From Candidatus Zixiibacteriota bacterium (GTDB lineage: Bacteria > RBG-13-66-14 > B26-G2 > WVWN01), in NCBI GenBank assembly GCA_050117845.1, contig JASFLY010000003.1:96001-160000 (forward strand): a stretch of DNA of 64,000 nt. The letters are read 5' to 3'. Positions 31,197-39,948 of this stretch are shown one piece after another. Under the pieces are notes generated by a model. That model did not search any database. It worked only from the letters and a program-made list of their open reading frames with translations, and was not told the DNA's origin. The position numbers were made by a program, and so were the translations under genes. How positions within the stretch are numbered: position 1 is the stretch's first letter; each line of letters begins with the position of its first letter.

Positions 31197-31817
31197 TTAC
31201 CTATAGAGCGCGCGTACGCGGCCGAGCGACGTCGGCTCGACCGCCACGTCCGTCACCTGCACCATCACGTCGTCCACGCCGGCGGCGTAGCTCAAGCCCG
31301 GCGTTCAACCCGTGCGGAGAGACGGCTGGACGGACAGGTCGGAAAAAGGCCGCGTTATCTTCTCGGCCGGAAAGGTTACGTAGTTCCATCCCTTGACGAG
31401 TTCGCCCCGCTCCGACGATAGGAGTATCTCGTTGCTCCCCAACGATACCGTCAGGAACCAGGGATTGCCTTCCGTATCCGGCAAATAATACACCCACATA
31501 CCGACCCGGGTCACGGCCCCTGCCGTTATCTCCCGGCCGAAGTTTTGCGTTATTTCGCCCCACACCGCCTGTTCGGCGTCGAAGCCCGGGGCGCCTGGGC
31601 GGCCGCAAGAATCGCCGCTTATTAGCTCATAGAAGTACGCGCCGTAGGACCCGGTGCGGGCCCCGTCGGCGGAAATCCCCATGTTCGTCGTTACCCAGGG
31701 CGAGGCGTTCCCGGACTCGAAATCGCCGTTCTCTACCACGTTATCGGCCGCATACGCCGCACCGGCTGCGAATCCGGCGGCCAATACGATTATAGTTATC
31801 ATTATCCGCTTCTTCAT
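31197..31817 (-). CDS. Secreted CBM-like protein with in-frame UGA at 31305-31307 (candidate selenoprotein)
   Basis: Signal peptide, NVVENGDFESG; the frame continues past TGA as TPGLSYAAGVDDVMVQVTDVAVEPTSLGRVRALYR-TAA. Confidence 0.75.
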
Positions 31818-31951
31818 TTGCCTTCGTCCCCCTTCATATATGACTTACTCTCTCATGTATATTATAACATATCCTCCATTAAAAACAAGGGAGCCGGCTA
31901 AAAAAAAAGACGCCCTTTCGGGCGCCGTTTTCTGCTCGCAACGTGAGGGTA

Positions 31952-32338
31952 TTAGTAAAACGCCTCCAGATCTCCCTTAAGTTCGTCGATAACGGCGGAG
32001 ACGGCCGCTTTATTCCCCTCCCCCTGAGCCGACAAGGTCACGATGTAAAATTCTTCTTCGGCCTCGCCGGCGTGAATGAACGGATAGAACGTGAACACGT
32101 CTCCCGTCTCGCGCCGGATCTCGAGTTCCTCAACCTGGCCCAGGCCGACCGCGACGGTACGACGGAATATCTCGGCCGCGGCGGCCGTCAGCGCGGCCAC
32201 GTTCTCCTGCCGGTCGGCGGCGGCGGTTTTCGCCCATACTAGGCCGGTCCGGCTTATCAGGTACGCAACCCGATAACCGCCGGCCCCGACCAACTTCTCC
32301 AGCGCCCGGGCGAATAGCGTTTCGCGGTAAAATACCAT
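31952..32338 (-). CDS. Divergent Roadblock/LC7-like protein
   Basis: AYLISRTGLV...VAALTAAA..I......GLGQVEELEIR matches the Roadblock pattern; size 128 aa. Confidence 0.65.
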   Translation of the reverse strand: MVFYRETLFARALEKLVGAGGYRVAYLISRTGLVWAKTAAADRQENVAALTAAAAEIFRRTVAVGLGQVEELEIRRETGDVFTFYPFIHAGEAEEEFYIVTLSAQGEGNKAAVSAVIDELKGDLEAFY

Positions 32339-32820
32339 ACTCGTCAGTCGGGCCGTACAATGTAGCCCGGCCCTTTCGGGGAAAGCCCCCTGGCCGCCCC
32401 TTGTTCCGCAAACATTAACGTAAATACGACCGCCTGGCAAGTTTTTTATCGCTACCCGGCCCGGGGTTAAACGGCGATGATAAATTTGCACCGGCCTTGG
32501 TATATATGATATATTTTTATGGGTTTACTATCGTCTTTTTCGCGGGATTCAATGTTGGCAAGGGTACTTTCTCACGTTGAGGTAACCGGTCATATAAAAC
32601 GCAAATAAACGGGGAAGCATAACTGACGCGTTTTAACGGAATATATAACGTTCGGACCCGGCCGCTTCGCCCGACTCTAGCCCCCCTCTGCGTCAACATC
32701 CCCTCCTTACCTGACGTTATATTTCTCCCGTAAAAAAGTTATGGGGCGGCGACGCCGTTAACCAGCGGCCGACCTTCACGATTTACCGGCGCCGCGCCGG
32801 GCGACGAAGAGGAAAACACT

Positions 32821-35184
32821 ATGACGGGTAACGGCCTTCGCGTCCTTATCGGATGGAAGGAGATCGCGAACTACCTGGGTTGTTCTACCTCGACGGCGGT
32901 ACGCCGCGTGGACGACGGCCTACCGGTCTTCCGCGTGGGGGGAAGCGTCCGGGCCTTCGTCGACGACATCGACCGCTGGCTAGAGGGTGAACGTATCCGG
33001 AAGTTGGAGGAGCCGCCCAAGGCCGAGACCGATTACCCGGGGATCGTGGTCAACCGCGAAGAGCTCGGCGACACCATGGCCTCCTTCGCCCGCGAAAGGA
33101 AAGACGAACGCTTCGCCGTAATCCCACTGGGAATCGATACCTCCAAATACGAAAACATAGAACTTCGGCTGAAAACGGCCGAAGAAAAGTACCGTTGGTT
33201 GTTGGAGACTGTCCCGGTTTGGATTTGGGAAACGAACGCCGACGGAGAATATACGTATTCCAACGTCGCTATAAGGGACATACTCGGATACCGGCCGGAA
33301 GAGCTCGCCGGTTTCAAACCGGTGGAATTCCTCGTCGCGCCGGCCGACGTCGAGATACACAAAAACGAGACCGATAACCTCCGGCAGAATAAAAGAGTTA
33401 TCCGTGACTTCCAATGTCGCTACATCCACCGGGACACCTCGATCAAATGGTTGGAGACGGACGCCGAGCCGATTTTCGAGAGCGGTGGGGAGTTCTCCGG
33501 CATCCGGGGCGTCAGCCGCGATATCACCGTACGGAAGAGAGTCGAGGCCGCGCTCCGGCAAAGCGAGGGCCAGTATCGGACCTTGTCGGAAAACATCCCG
33601 GTAGGCGTATTCCGTATGGCCGCGGATCCCACGGGCCGTATCATATCGGCGAACCCGGCGTTGGCCCGCATGTTCGGGTTCGACAGGCCGGAGGACATGG
33701 TGGGCGAACGTATCGCCGATTTCTACGCTGACCCAACACGCCGTTCCGGGTTCGTCGGGGCCGTCGCCGTTAAGGGCGAGATTACGAACTTCGAGGCGCG
33801 CCTCAAACGCCGCGACGGGAGCGAGTTTTGCGGGTCGTTCTCGGCCCGGGTCGGCCGCGGCGAGGACGACGCCATCGTCCATTACGACGGCGTTTGCGAA
33901 GACGTCACGGAACGCCGCCGGGTCGAAACGGCCCTGCGCAAAAGCGAGCACGAAAAAACAGTTATCCTGGAAAGCATGGCGGAGCTGGTCGTCTACGTAG
34001 GCCGCAATCTCGAAATTATATGGGTGAACCAGGCCGCCGCCCGTTGGGCCGGGGCCGCCCCCGAGGACATGGTGGGCCGGCCGTGTTTCGAGGCTTGGTA
34101 CGAGAGAAGCGAGATGTGTGCGGAATGCCACGTTAAGCGGGCCATAGAAACGGGCGAACCCCAGGAATTGGAGCTGACCACCGCCGACGGCAGCATCTGG
34201 CACGTACAATGCAATCCCGTACGGGACGAGGAGGACGGTATCTGCGGAGCGGTGGAGGTATCGCTGGACATCACCGAGCGCAAACGGGCCGAAGAGGCAC
34301 TACGCGAAACGTTAACGAAAAACGACGCCCTCCTGGAAGCCATCCCCGATTTGATGTTCATTCTCAAGCGCGACGGAACATGCGTCGATTTCAAGCGCGG
34401 CCCGGCTGAACTATTCGCCCTGCCGCCGGATCAATTAATAGGCGCGAATATCCGGGATATCGGCTTTTCCCAAGCCGACGAACGGCGGGCCTTCGAGGCG
34501 ATTGAGGAAACGATACGAACCGGCAAGACCAGCGTCATCGAGTACGAGCTCCCCATACCCGGCGGTCTGAAGACGTTCGAAGCCCGTCTGGCCAAACTCG
34601 ACGACGACCGAGTCATATCCGTCGTGCGAGATATAACGGAAATAAAAAAAGCGGAACGGGCCCGGGCCGAACTCGTTTTCGAGAAGGCCGCCGCCGCCAT
34701 CTCCCGGGAATTCATCCGCGCCCGGAATATGGACGAAGCAGTGGAAGCTTCGCTCGAGATAATGGTCAACTTCAACGGGGCCGGCCGCTCATACTTGCTT
34801 ACTTTATCGGAGGACGGCAAGGAAATAACTAACACCTACGAGCGCCTGTCCCCCGGCGTAGGGCCACGACCAGAGGAATTACGCCGGGTTCCAACCGATC
34901 CGTACGTATGGGGCACGGCGCAACTCCGTCAGGGCGAACCTCTAAGTATTTCCGACGTCCGGGCCCTGCCCCATGAAGCCGCAGCGGAGAAGAAAACCCT
35001 CGAGGAACTCGGCGTCAAGGCCGTTTTGGTATTGCCGTTGTTCACCGAAAAAGATGAGCTCCGCGGTTTCGTCGGTTTCGATAATTGCACCGCGCCCGGC
35101 GATTGGAAAGAAGTCGACCTTGATCTGCTCCGATATTTCGCCGAGACTTGGCAATACGCCGTAAGCCGTAACCTTTTCGAATAA
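32821..35184 (+). CDS. Excisionase/BldC-like HTH fused to 4 PAS and 1 GAF (one-component regulator)
   Basis: LIGWKEIANYLGCSTSTAVR...GLPVFRVGGSVRAF..DIDRWL; four PAS/PAC ending D(I/V)TxxK/R; C-terminal GAF; no kinase. Confidence 0.85.
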   Translation: MTGNGLRVLIGWKEIANYLGCSTSTAVRRVDDGLPVFRVGGSVRAFVDDIDRWLEGERIRKLEEPPKAETDYPGIVVNREELGDTMASFARERKDERFAVIPLGIDTSKYENIELRLKTAEEKYRWLLETVPVWIWETNADGEYTYSNVAIRDILGYRPEELAGFKPVEFLVAPADVEIHKNETDNLRQNKRVIRDFQCRYIHRDTSIKWLETDAEPIFESGGEFSGIRGVSRDITVRKRVEAALRQSEGQYRTLSENIPVGVFRMAADPTGRIISANPALARMFGFDRPEDMVGERIADFYADPTRRSGFVGAVAVKGEITNFEARLKRRDGSEFCGSFSARVGRGEDDAIVHYDGVCEDVTERRRVETALRKSEHEKTVILESMAELVVYVGRNLEIIWVNQAAARWAGAAPEDMVGRPCFEAWYERSEMCAECHVKRAIETGEPQELELTTADGSIWHVQCNPVRDEEDGICGAVEVSLDITERKRAEEALRETLTKNDALLEAIPDLMFILKRDGTCVDFKRGPAELFALPPDQLIGANIRDIGFSQADERRAFEAIEETIRTGKTSVIEYELPIPGGLKTFEARLAKLDDDRVISVVRDITEIKKAERARAELVFEKAAAAISREFIRARNMDEAVEASLEIMVNFNGAGRSYLLTLSEDGKEITNTYERLSPGVGPRPEELRRVPTDPYVWGTAQLRQGEPLSISDVRALPHEAAAEKKTLEELGVKAVLVLPLFTEKDELRGFVGFDNCTAPGDWKEVDLDLLRYFAETWQYAVSRNLFE

Positions 35185-35224
35185 TCCCCGCCCGTAATTC
35201 CCTCTTCCAATGACGCCGTTCACG

Positions 35225-35250
35225 AAGCGCCCTCCGGGGCGCTTTTCTTT
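35225..35250 (+). terminator. Rho-independent terminator
   Basis: AAGCGCCC-TCCG-GGGCGCTT-TTCTTT. Confidence 0.8.
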
Positions 35251-35578
35251 ACGATAAACGGCAAAATAGCATTAAATGAGTAATTTACTTAACATATATG
35301 ATAAATTTTGAGTGAATTCGACAGGTTTTGACGAAAGCAGGACGATTTTACTCCGCTATATATATAATGGAATCAGTATTGGAACGTCGTTTATTACTGG
35401 GCCGCCCTAAAAGTCAACTATAGTCGGCCCAACTGTACCCCCCCCAAAGTAGTCCGCTCTTTAACCGTTCCCTAATGATTTCGAAGCCCCGGCGCAATGC
35501 CAGCCGGGTATCCCTTACGCCGTCGTGCCTACCGGCCGTCGGACAACCGATTAGTAATAACGCACAGGAGGATCGAGT

Positions 35579-35950
35579 ATGGCCAAATCCCGTTCTGAAA
35601 CGCTAAGGAGCATCCTGAAAGACTTGGAGGCCGCGACACCCGATATCGAGGGGAGTTGCGTTGTGTCCTCCGACGGCCTGGTAATGGCCAGCGCCCTGCC
35701 GGCCGATGTCGACGAGGACCGGGTAGCCGCGATGGCGGCCGCCTTGTTGGCCCTCGGCGACCGAAGCGCGACGGAGTTGGACCGCGGCGAGTTGAGCGAG
35801 GTTTTCGTCAAAGGTGAACACGGTTATATCGTATTGATGGGCGCGGGGCGGGAAGCCGTACTGGGAGCGCTTTGTCGGGAAGACGCGAAACTGGGCATGA
35901 TATTCCTCGATATGCGTCGCGCCTCCAAAGAAATCGGCGACCTGGTTTAA
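35579..35950 (+). CDS. Roadblock/LC7 (MglB/CvnB-like) protein, copy 1
   Basis: VVSSDGLVMASALP..DEDRVAAMAAALLALG...RGELSEVFVKG. Confidence 0.92.
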   Translation: MAKSRSETLRSILKDLEAATPDIEGSCVVSSDGLVMASALPADVDEDRVAAMAAALLALGDRSATELDRGELSEVFVKGEHGYIVLMGAGREAVLGALCREDAKLGMIFLDMRRASKEIGDLV

Positions 35951-36025
35951 CCAGCGCTCGTACGATAATCAACGCCGAGACCTTACGTTACGGCAACCAG
36001 GCATTATACGAGAAAGGAGAACAAA

Positions 36026-36511
36026 TTGGACGCACGAGGATATAATTCACTACTTAACGTGACGATGTACGGTTTTGGGGCGGCCCTCAACAACCTGGTC
36101 GACCTCAACATGGTTCGTCTCGTCATCCGCCAGTTCGGAGACGCCCTGGTGGATTCCGAATTCGGCCCTAAATTCCTGAAAGGCATCGGATTCGAAGAAC
36201 CAAAGGGTGACGACGTGCCTTCGCTGACTAAAGCGTACGCCGAGGAAATGAAGAAATCCGGCATTACCCAGGTGTTCGACGTAGTCGAGGCCACGGACGA
36301 GAAACTCGTCCTGGATATCGGCATGTGCGTTTTCGCCTCCGCCACCGCGGCATTCAGGGCCGAAGGTATCGAAATTCCGCCCTGCCCCATCGTCGGGATC
36401 GTCCTGGCCGGCCTGAACAAACGGCTTAAGGTCAACGGCAAGGTAGCTTCGGCCGAATATAAATCGCAAGCCAATACGACGCTCTTCACTATCGACCTTT
36501 ACGGCCGGTAA
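36026..36511 (+). CDS. V4R/MetOD1-like ligand- or metal-binding protein
   Basis: AAAGGAG RBS, TTG start; LVLDIGMCVF...PPCPI Cys pattern in the V4R-like position. Confidence 0.55.
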   Translation: MDARGYNSLLNVTMYGFGAALNNLVDLNMVRLVIRQFGDALVDSEFGPKFLKGIGFEEPKGDDVPSLTKAYAEEMKKSGITQVFDVVEATDEKLVLDIGMCVFASATAAFRAEGIEIPPCPIVGIVLAGLNKRLKVNGKVASAEYKSQANTTLFTIDLYGR

Positions 36512-36648
36512 ACACCGCCTCCCGGGCGGAAGGCCGATTCGTGGACGATGGGTTAGAAACTCGTCCGCCGACAAGGCCGAGGCGCAGTTACGGCGAAACC
36601 CGTAATCCGGGCGTCCTACGCCTCGGGAAGAAAGGAGTGCGGCGCCTA

Positions 36649-36783
36649 ATGGCGAATGAGAAATCCGATTGTAAATGGGCCCAGGGCGACCCCGACCCGA
36701 CGGGCCTCTTCTGGTGCGATAAAATGGCGTGCATGGTCAACGGTAAAGAGAAACCGACCTGCACCCATTACGAGAAGGACTAA
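36649..36783 (+). CDS. Cys micro-protein 1 (44 aa)
   Basis: MANEKSDCKWAQGDPDPTGLFWCDKMACMVNGKEKPTCTHYEKD; AAGGAG upstream. Confidence 0.85.
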   Translation: MANEKSDCKWAQGDPDPTGLFWCDKMACMVNGKEKPTCTHYEKD

Positions 36784-36858
36784 CGTCTAATTAAGGTTCC
36801 TAAGGCAATTAACCAATCCCAATCAACCGCGAAGCCCCCAGATTACGAGGAGTGAAGC

Positions 36859-36993
36859 ATGGCAAATTCGAAATCAGATTGCAAGTGGGCGCAGGGCGAC
36901 CCGGATCCTACCGGCCTATTCTGGTGCGATAAACTGGGCCGTATGGTCAACGGCGAAGAAAAGCCGGTCTGCGAACACTACAGTTCCGAATAA
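36859..36993 (+). CDS. Cys micro-protein 2 (44 aa; absent from ORF track)
   Basis: MANSKSDCKWAQGDPDPTGLFWCDKLGRMVNGEEKPVCEHYSSE; GAGGAG RBS; synonymous divergence from copy 1. Confidence 0.88.
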   Translation: MANSKSDCKWAQGDPDPTGLFWCDKLGRMVNGEEKPVCEHYSSE

Positions 36994-37049
36994 CGCAATC
37001 TAACACCCCTCTCGTCAGGGCAAGCTTCAAGGGCAAAGGACGTGGGACG

Positions 37050-37175
37050 ATGAGTAAGGGAGACTGTAAGTACGCTGGCGAACCTAATGAATTGGGTCAT
37101 ACATGGTGCGACAAAATGGAGCGCTATGTACCCCCAAAGGACGAAGAAAACTGTGAGTTGTATGAACCCAAGTAA
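37050..37175 (+). CDS. Cys micro-protein 3 (41 aa; absent from ORF track)
   Basis: MSKGDCKYAGEPNELGHTWCDKMERYVPPKDEENCELYEPK; AAAGGA upstream. Confidence 0.8.
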   Translation: MSKGDCKYAGEPNELGHTWCDKMERYVPPKDEENCELYEPK

Positions 37176-37428
37176 GTAAAGGCACCTCCTTTACTTAACG
37201 GCCGGCGGCGTAATAATACCTCCGTCAGGTATTATGGTACGCGTCGCCGGTTTATCTATTCCACGGCGTGAACGCCGGCCAACCGCACGGGAATAGTTGT
37301 TTCACCTATTGGGTTGTAATATACTAGAGCGCCGTTGAATTTATTTATAGCCTCACGGCATACTACCCTATTATATTTACCCATACACCACGAGAAAAGA
37401 ACTAACAACGAGCTAGTATTACATTTAC

Positions 37429-37458
37429 TTGACTCGTACCGCATTTAGCTGTTATAAT
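37429..37458 (+). promoter_or_regulatory. sigma70 promoter with extended -10
   Basis: TTGACT-N18-TATAAT preceded by TG. Confidence 0.55.
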
Positions 37459-37752
37459 TTAATTCCCGCCCCCGAAAACCGGGACGTTATCCGTGGTAGA
37501 TGATGACGAAATATGACTTATTTTGAACACGGCAACGGTCACAGGGCCTGTTATATATAATGAGAGGGGATTATTGACACTGTACGGATAACGTCGCGGT
37601 TAACGGGACATTCCCGTTTAGAATGCGAACGACTCTTACATGAAATCCATTCCGAATCTTTAACGGTAACGTCGGTGAACCCGGCGGGGAATCATAATAA
37701 CCGTTTCGGGTGAGCCGAACCAAACGAACTCTTAAGTAAAGGAGGTTGGATT

Positions 37753-38124
37753 ATGGCGAAGTCCCGCGCAGATACGCTCAGGGACATTTTAAAAGACCTC
37801 GAGGCTGCGACCCCCGATATCGAAGGGAGTGTCGTCGTCTCGGCCGACGGCCTGGTAATGGCCAGCGCGCTTCCGTCGGACGTCGACGAAGACCGCGTAG
37901 CGGCCATGGCCGCCGCGCTGCTGGCCCTGGGAGACCGGAGTTCCACGGAACTCGACCGGGGCGACTTGAGTGAAGTTTTCGTAAAGGGCGAGAAGGGTTA
38001 CATCGTCCTGATGGGCGCCGGCCGCGAAGCGGTACTCGGCGCTTTGTGCCGCGAAGACGCCAAATTGGGTATGATTTTCCTTGATATGCGTCGGGCGGCG
38101 AAAGACGTTGAATCGGTAGTATAG
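37753..38124 (+). CDS. Roadblock/LC7 protein, copy 2
   Basis: 108/123 residues identical to copy 1 by manual alignment; AAGGAGGT RBS. Confidence 0.92.
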   Translation: MAKSRADTLRDILKDLEAATPDIEGSVVVSADGLVMASALPSDVDEDRVAAMAAALLALGDRSSTELDRGDLSEVFVKGEKGYIVLMGAGREAVLGALCREDAKLGMIFLDMRRAAKDVESVV

Positions 38125-38248
38125 CGTCTTATGCCGGAGATTGGCGGATCCCCGGTAACGATTGACGAATTTCCCGGGTCCCCGAAAAGAAAGCTAAAAC
38201 AGACAACCCCGGGACCAATGAGAGATAAGCTAAGGAGGTGCCTTATTA

Positions 38249-38737
38249 ATGGCCGATAAAAATACGAGCCCGGCGATGTTCGAGAGCCTATTTATGGCAG
38301 GCTTGCGTGCCACCGGGTTCGTCCTCGGCGCGCGACAGCTTAAGATGTACGTTAAAAGCCTTGGAGAAGTCTTTATTAACGACTTACCAGAGCGCCTGGG
38401 GACGGAACGCTCCGCCGAGAGCGACGCCAAGGCGAACGTCGAAGCTTTCGCCAAGATCGAGGAAAAGACGGACGCTTACGAGGCGGGCCACGTTAGCATC
38501 GAGGACGCGGACGGAGGTTTCCGCGCGACGTTCTCGAGTTGCCCCTATGCCGGCCCGTGTAGTGAAATACTGGGCGAACTTATCAAATCCGGCCAATTCA
38601 CCAAGAAGAACCTCCCGTGCCTCAGGGCCGACATAACGTCGGCGCTGATATCGGAGAGCACCGGCCAAAAAACCAAATACGAACTCACCCAATTCGCGCC
38701 CGGGTTCAAATGCGTCGGCGAAATCGAATTGCTCTAA
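38249..38737 (+). CDS. MetOD1/V4R-like protein
   Basis: FSSCPYAGPC...LPCLR...KCVGEIEL Cys pattern; TAAGGAGGT RBS. Confidence 0.6.
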   Translation: MADKNTSPAMFESLFMAGLRATGFVLGARQLKMYVKSLGEVFINDLPERLGTERSAESDAKANVEAFAKIEEKTDAYEAGHVSIEDADGGFRATFSSCPYAGPCSEILGELIKSGQFTKKNLPCLRADITSALISESTGQKTKYELTQFAPGFKCVGEIELL

Positions 38738-38755
38738 TGAAAGGGGTGTTACGAA

Positions 38756-39334
38756 ATGGCCGATCTATCCCAGATCAAAGAAACGTTCCTTGGAACCATA
38801 AAAGCCGACGCTGACAAATCGCGGCTCGAATTCGGTGGGACGGAAGTATCGTTCCACTGCGATAAATTCAATACGCGTGTCGTCAAAGGACTGGAAGACG
38901 TCGTAGGCTTCGAGGACGCCCAGAAGCTGTTGGCACACCGGGCGGAAGTCACGCACATCGACTTCCTGAACAAGTTTTTCGTGGACGGCGCGGCCGCGGA
39001 GGCTTTCGGCGGGATGTCCCCCGAAGAGAAGCTGGCCGCGATTTTCGAGGTATATAAAGTGCTCGCGTACGGCTCGTTCAACGCGGACGGCGCCGGAGAA
39101 AACGGCGGGACCGTAAAGGCGCCGACGTCGTACGTGGCCGAAGGGTGGCTGGAGAACCTCGAGCGGTGGAACTGGACGTTACGCGACAATCCGGTTTGCC
39201 ACGACGCCTGCGGCCAAATCGCCGCGGCCTTCTCGGTCGCCTTCGGAAAACCCGCTGACACCTATTCCGTTAAAGAAACGCAGTGTCGCTCCACCGGGGC
39301 CGACGCTTGCGAATTCGTCGTGGAGGTGAAGTAA
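38756..39334 (+). CDS. V4R domain protein
   Basis: PVCHDACGQIAAAF...VKETQCRSTGADACEFVV. Confidence 0.88.
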   Translation: MADLSQIKETFLGTIKADADKSRLEFGGTEVSFHCDKFNTRVVKGLEDVVGFEDAQKLLAHRAEVTHIDFLNKFFVDGAAAEAFGGMSPEEKLAAIFEVYKVLAYGSFNADGAGENGGTVKAPTSYVAEGWLENLERWNWTLRDNPVCHDACGQIAAAFSVAFGKPADTYSVKETQCRSTGADACEFVVEVK

Positions 39335-39335
39335 C

Positions 39336-39947
39336 ATGGCAGTCGACCATGCCAAGATTCGGGAAGGCGTCATGGGCCTGGGCCTCGTCGGAGCTGAGGA
39401 CACCGGCCTGCTTCACACCTTCGGCGTCATACTCGCCAACAACCCCGTCGACTACCTGGTCGACCGGGAACTGGACTTCATATCGCTGTTAGGGGACTCG
39501 GCGCGGCCTCTGGCCGAAAAGGTCCTTATCGACGCCGCCCAGTGGTGTGCGAACGCTACCTTCGGCGGCATCATGGATTCCCAGGAGTGGGCCGGCCTCA
39601 TCGAGCCGATGGTCAGCTCGACGGCCGACCGGCTGGAAGGCCTTATCGCGGTCACGAACGTTCTCGGATGGGGCCACATATCGAAATGGGACCTCGACGA
39701 GGATAAACAGGAGTTAACGCTCCAGGTGGACCACTCGTACTACGTCAAGAATTACCTCGACCGCCACGGCAAGTCTGAAGTCCCGATTTGCTACATGTGG
39801 ACCGGCGTCGCCGGCGGTTACATGGACTTGCTCTTCGGTAAGAAAGTCCACGAGTTTGAGGGCAAAGAAATCAAGTGCGGTGCCATGGGCGACGACACTT
39901 GCATCTTCGAAGCCCGCCGTCTCAAGAAGAAATTCGCGATGACCTAA
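39336..39947 (+). CDS. V4R domain protein
   Basis: LGWG, PICYMWTGVAGG, EIKCGAMGDDTCIFEA. Confidence 0.9.
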   Translation: MAVDHAKIREGVMGLGLVGAEDTGLLHTFGVILANNPVDYLVDRELDFISLLGDSARPLAEKVLIDAAQWCANATFGGIMDSQEWAGLIEPMVSSTADRLEGLIAVTNVLGWGHISKWDLDEDKQELTLQVDHSYYVKNYLDRHGKSEVPICYMWTGVAGGYMDLLFGKKVHEFEGKEIKCGAMGDDTCIFEARRLKKKFAMT

Positions 39948-39948
39948 A

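Noticed and set aside
31305..31307. Genome-wide UGA reassignment
   Set aside because: TGA ends many genes at expected positions (e.g. HNH, PNP, TonB) and long genes lack internal TGA
37015..37050. GGGCAAA...GTGGGACG resembling a c-di-GMP-I riboswitch
   Set aside because: Lacks the P2 stem/GNRA loop and the following GCAAAGC; overlaps the RBS of micro-protein 3
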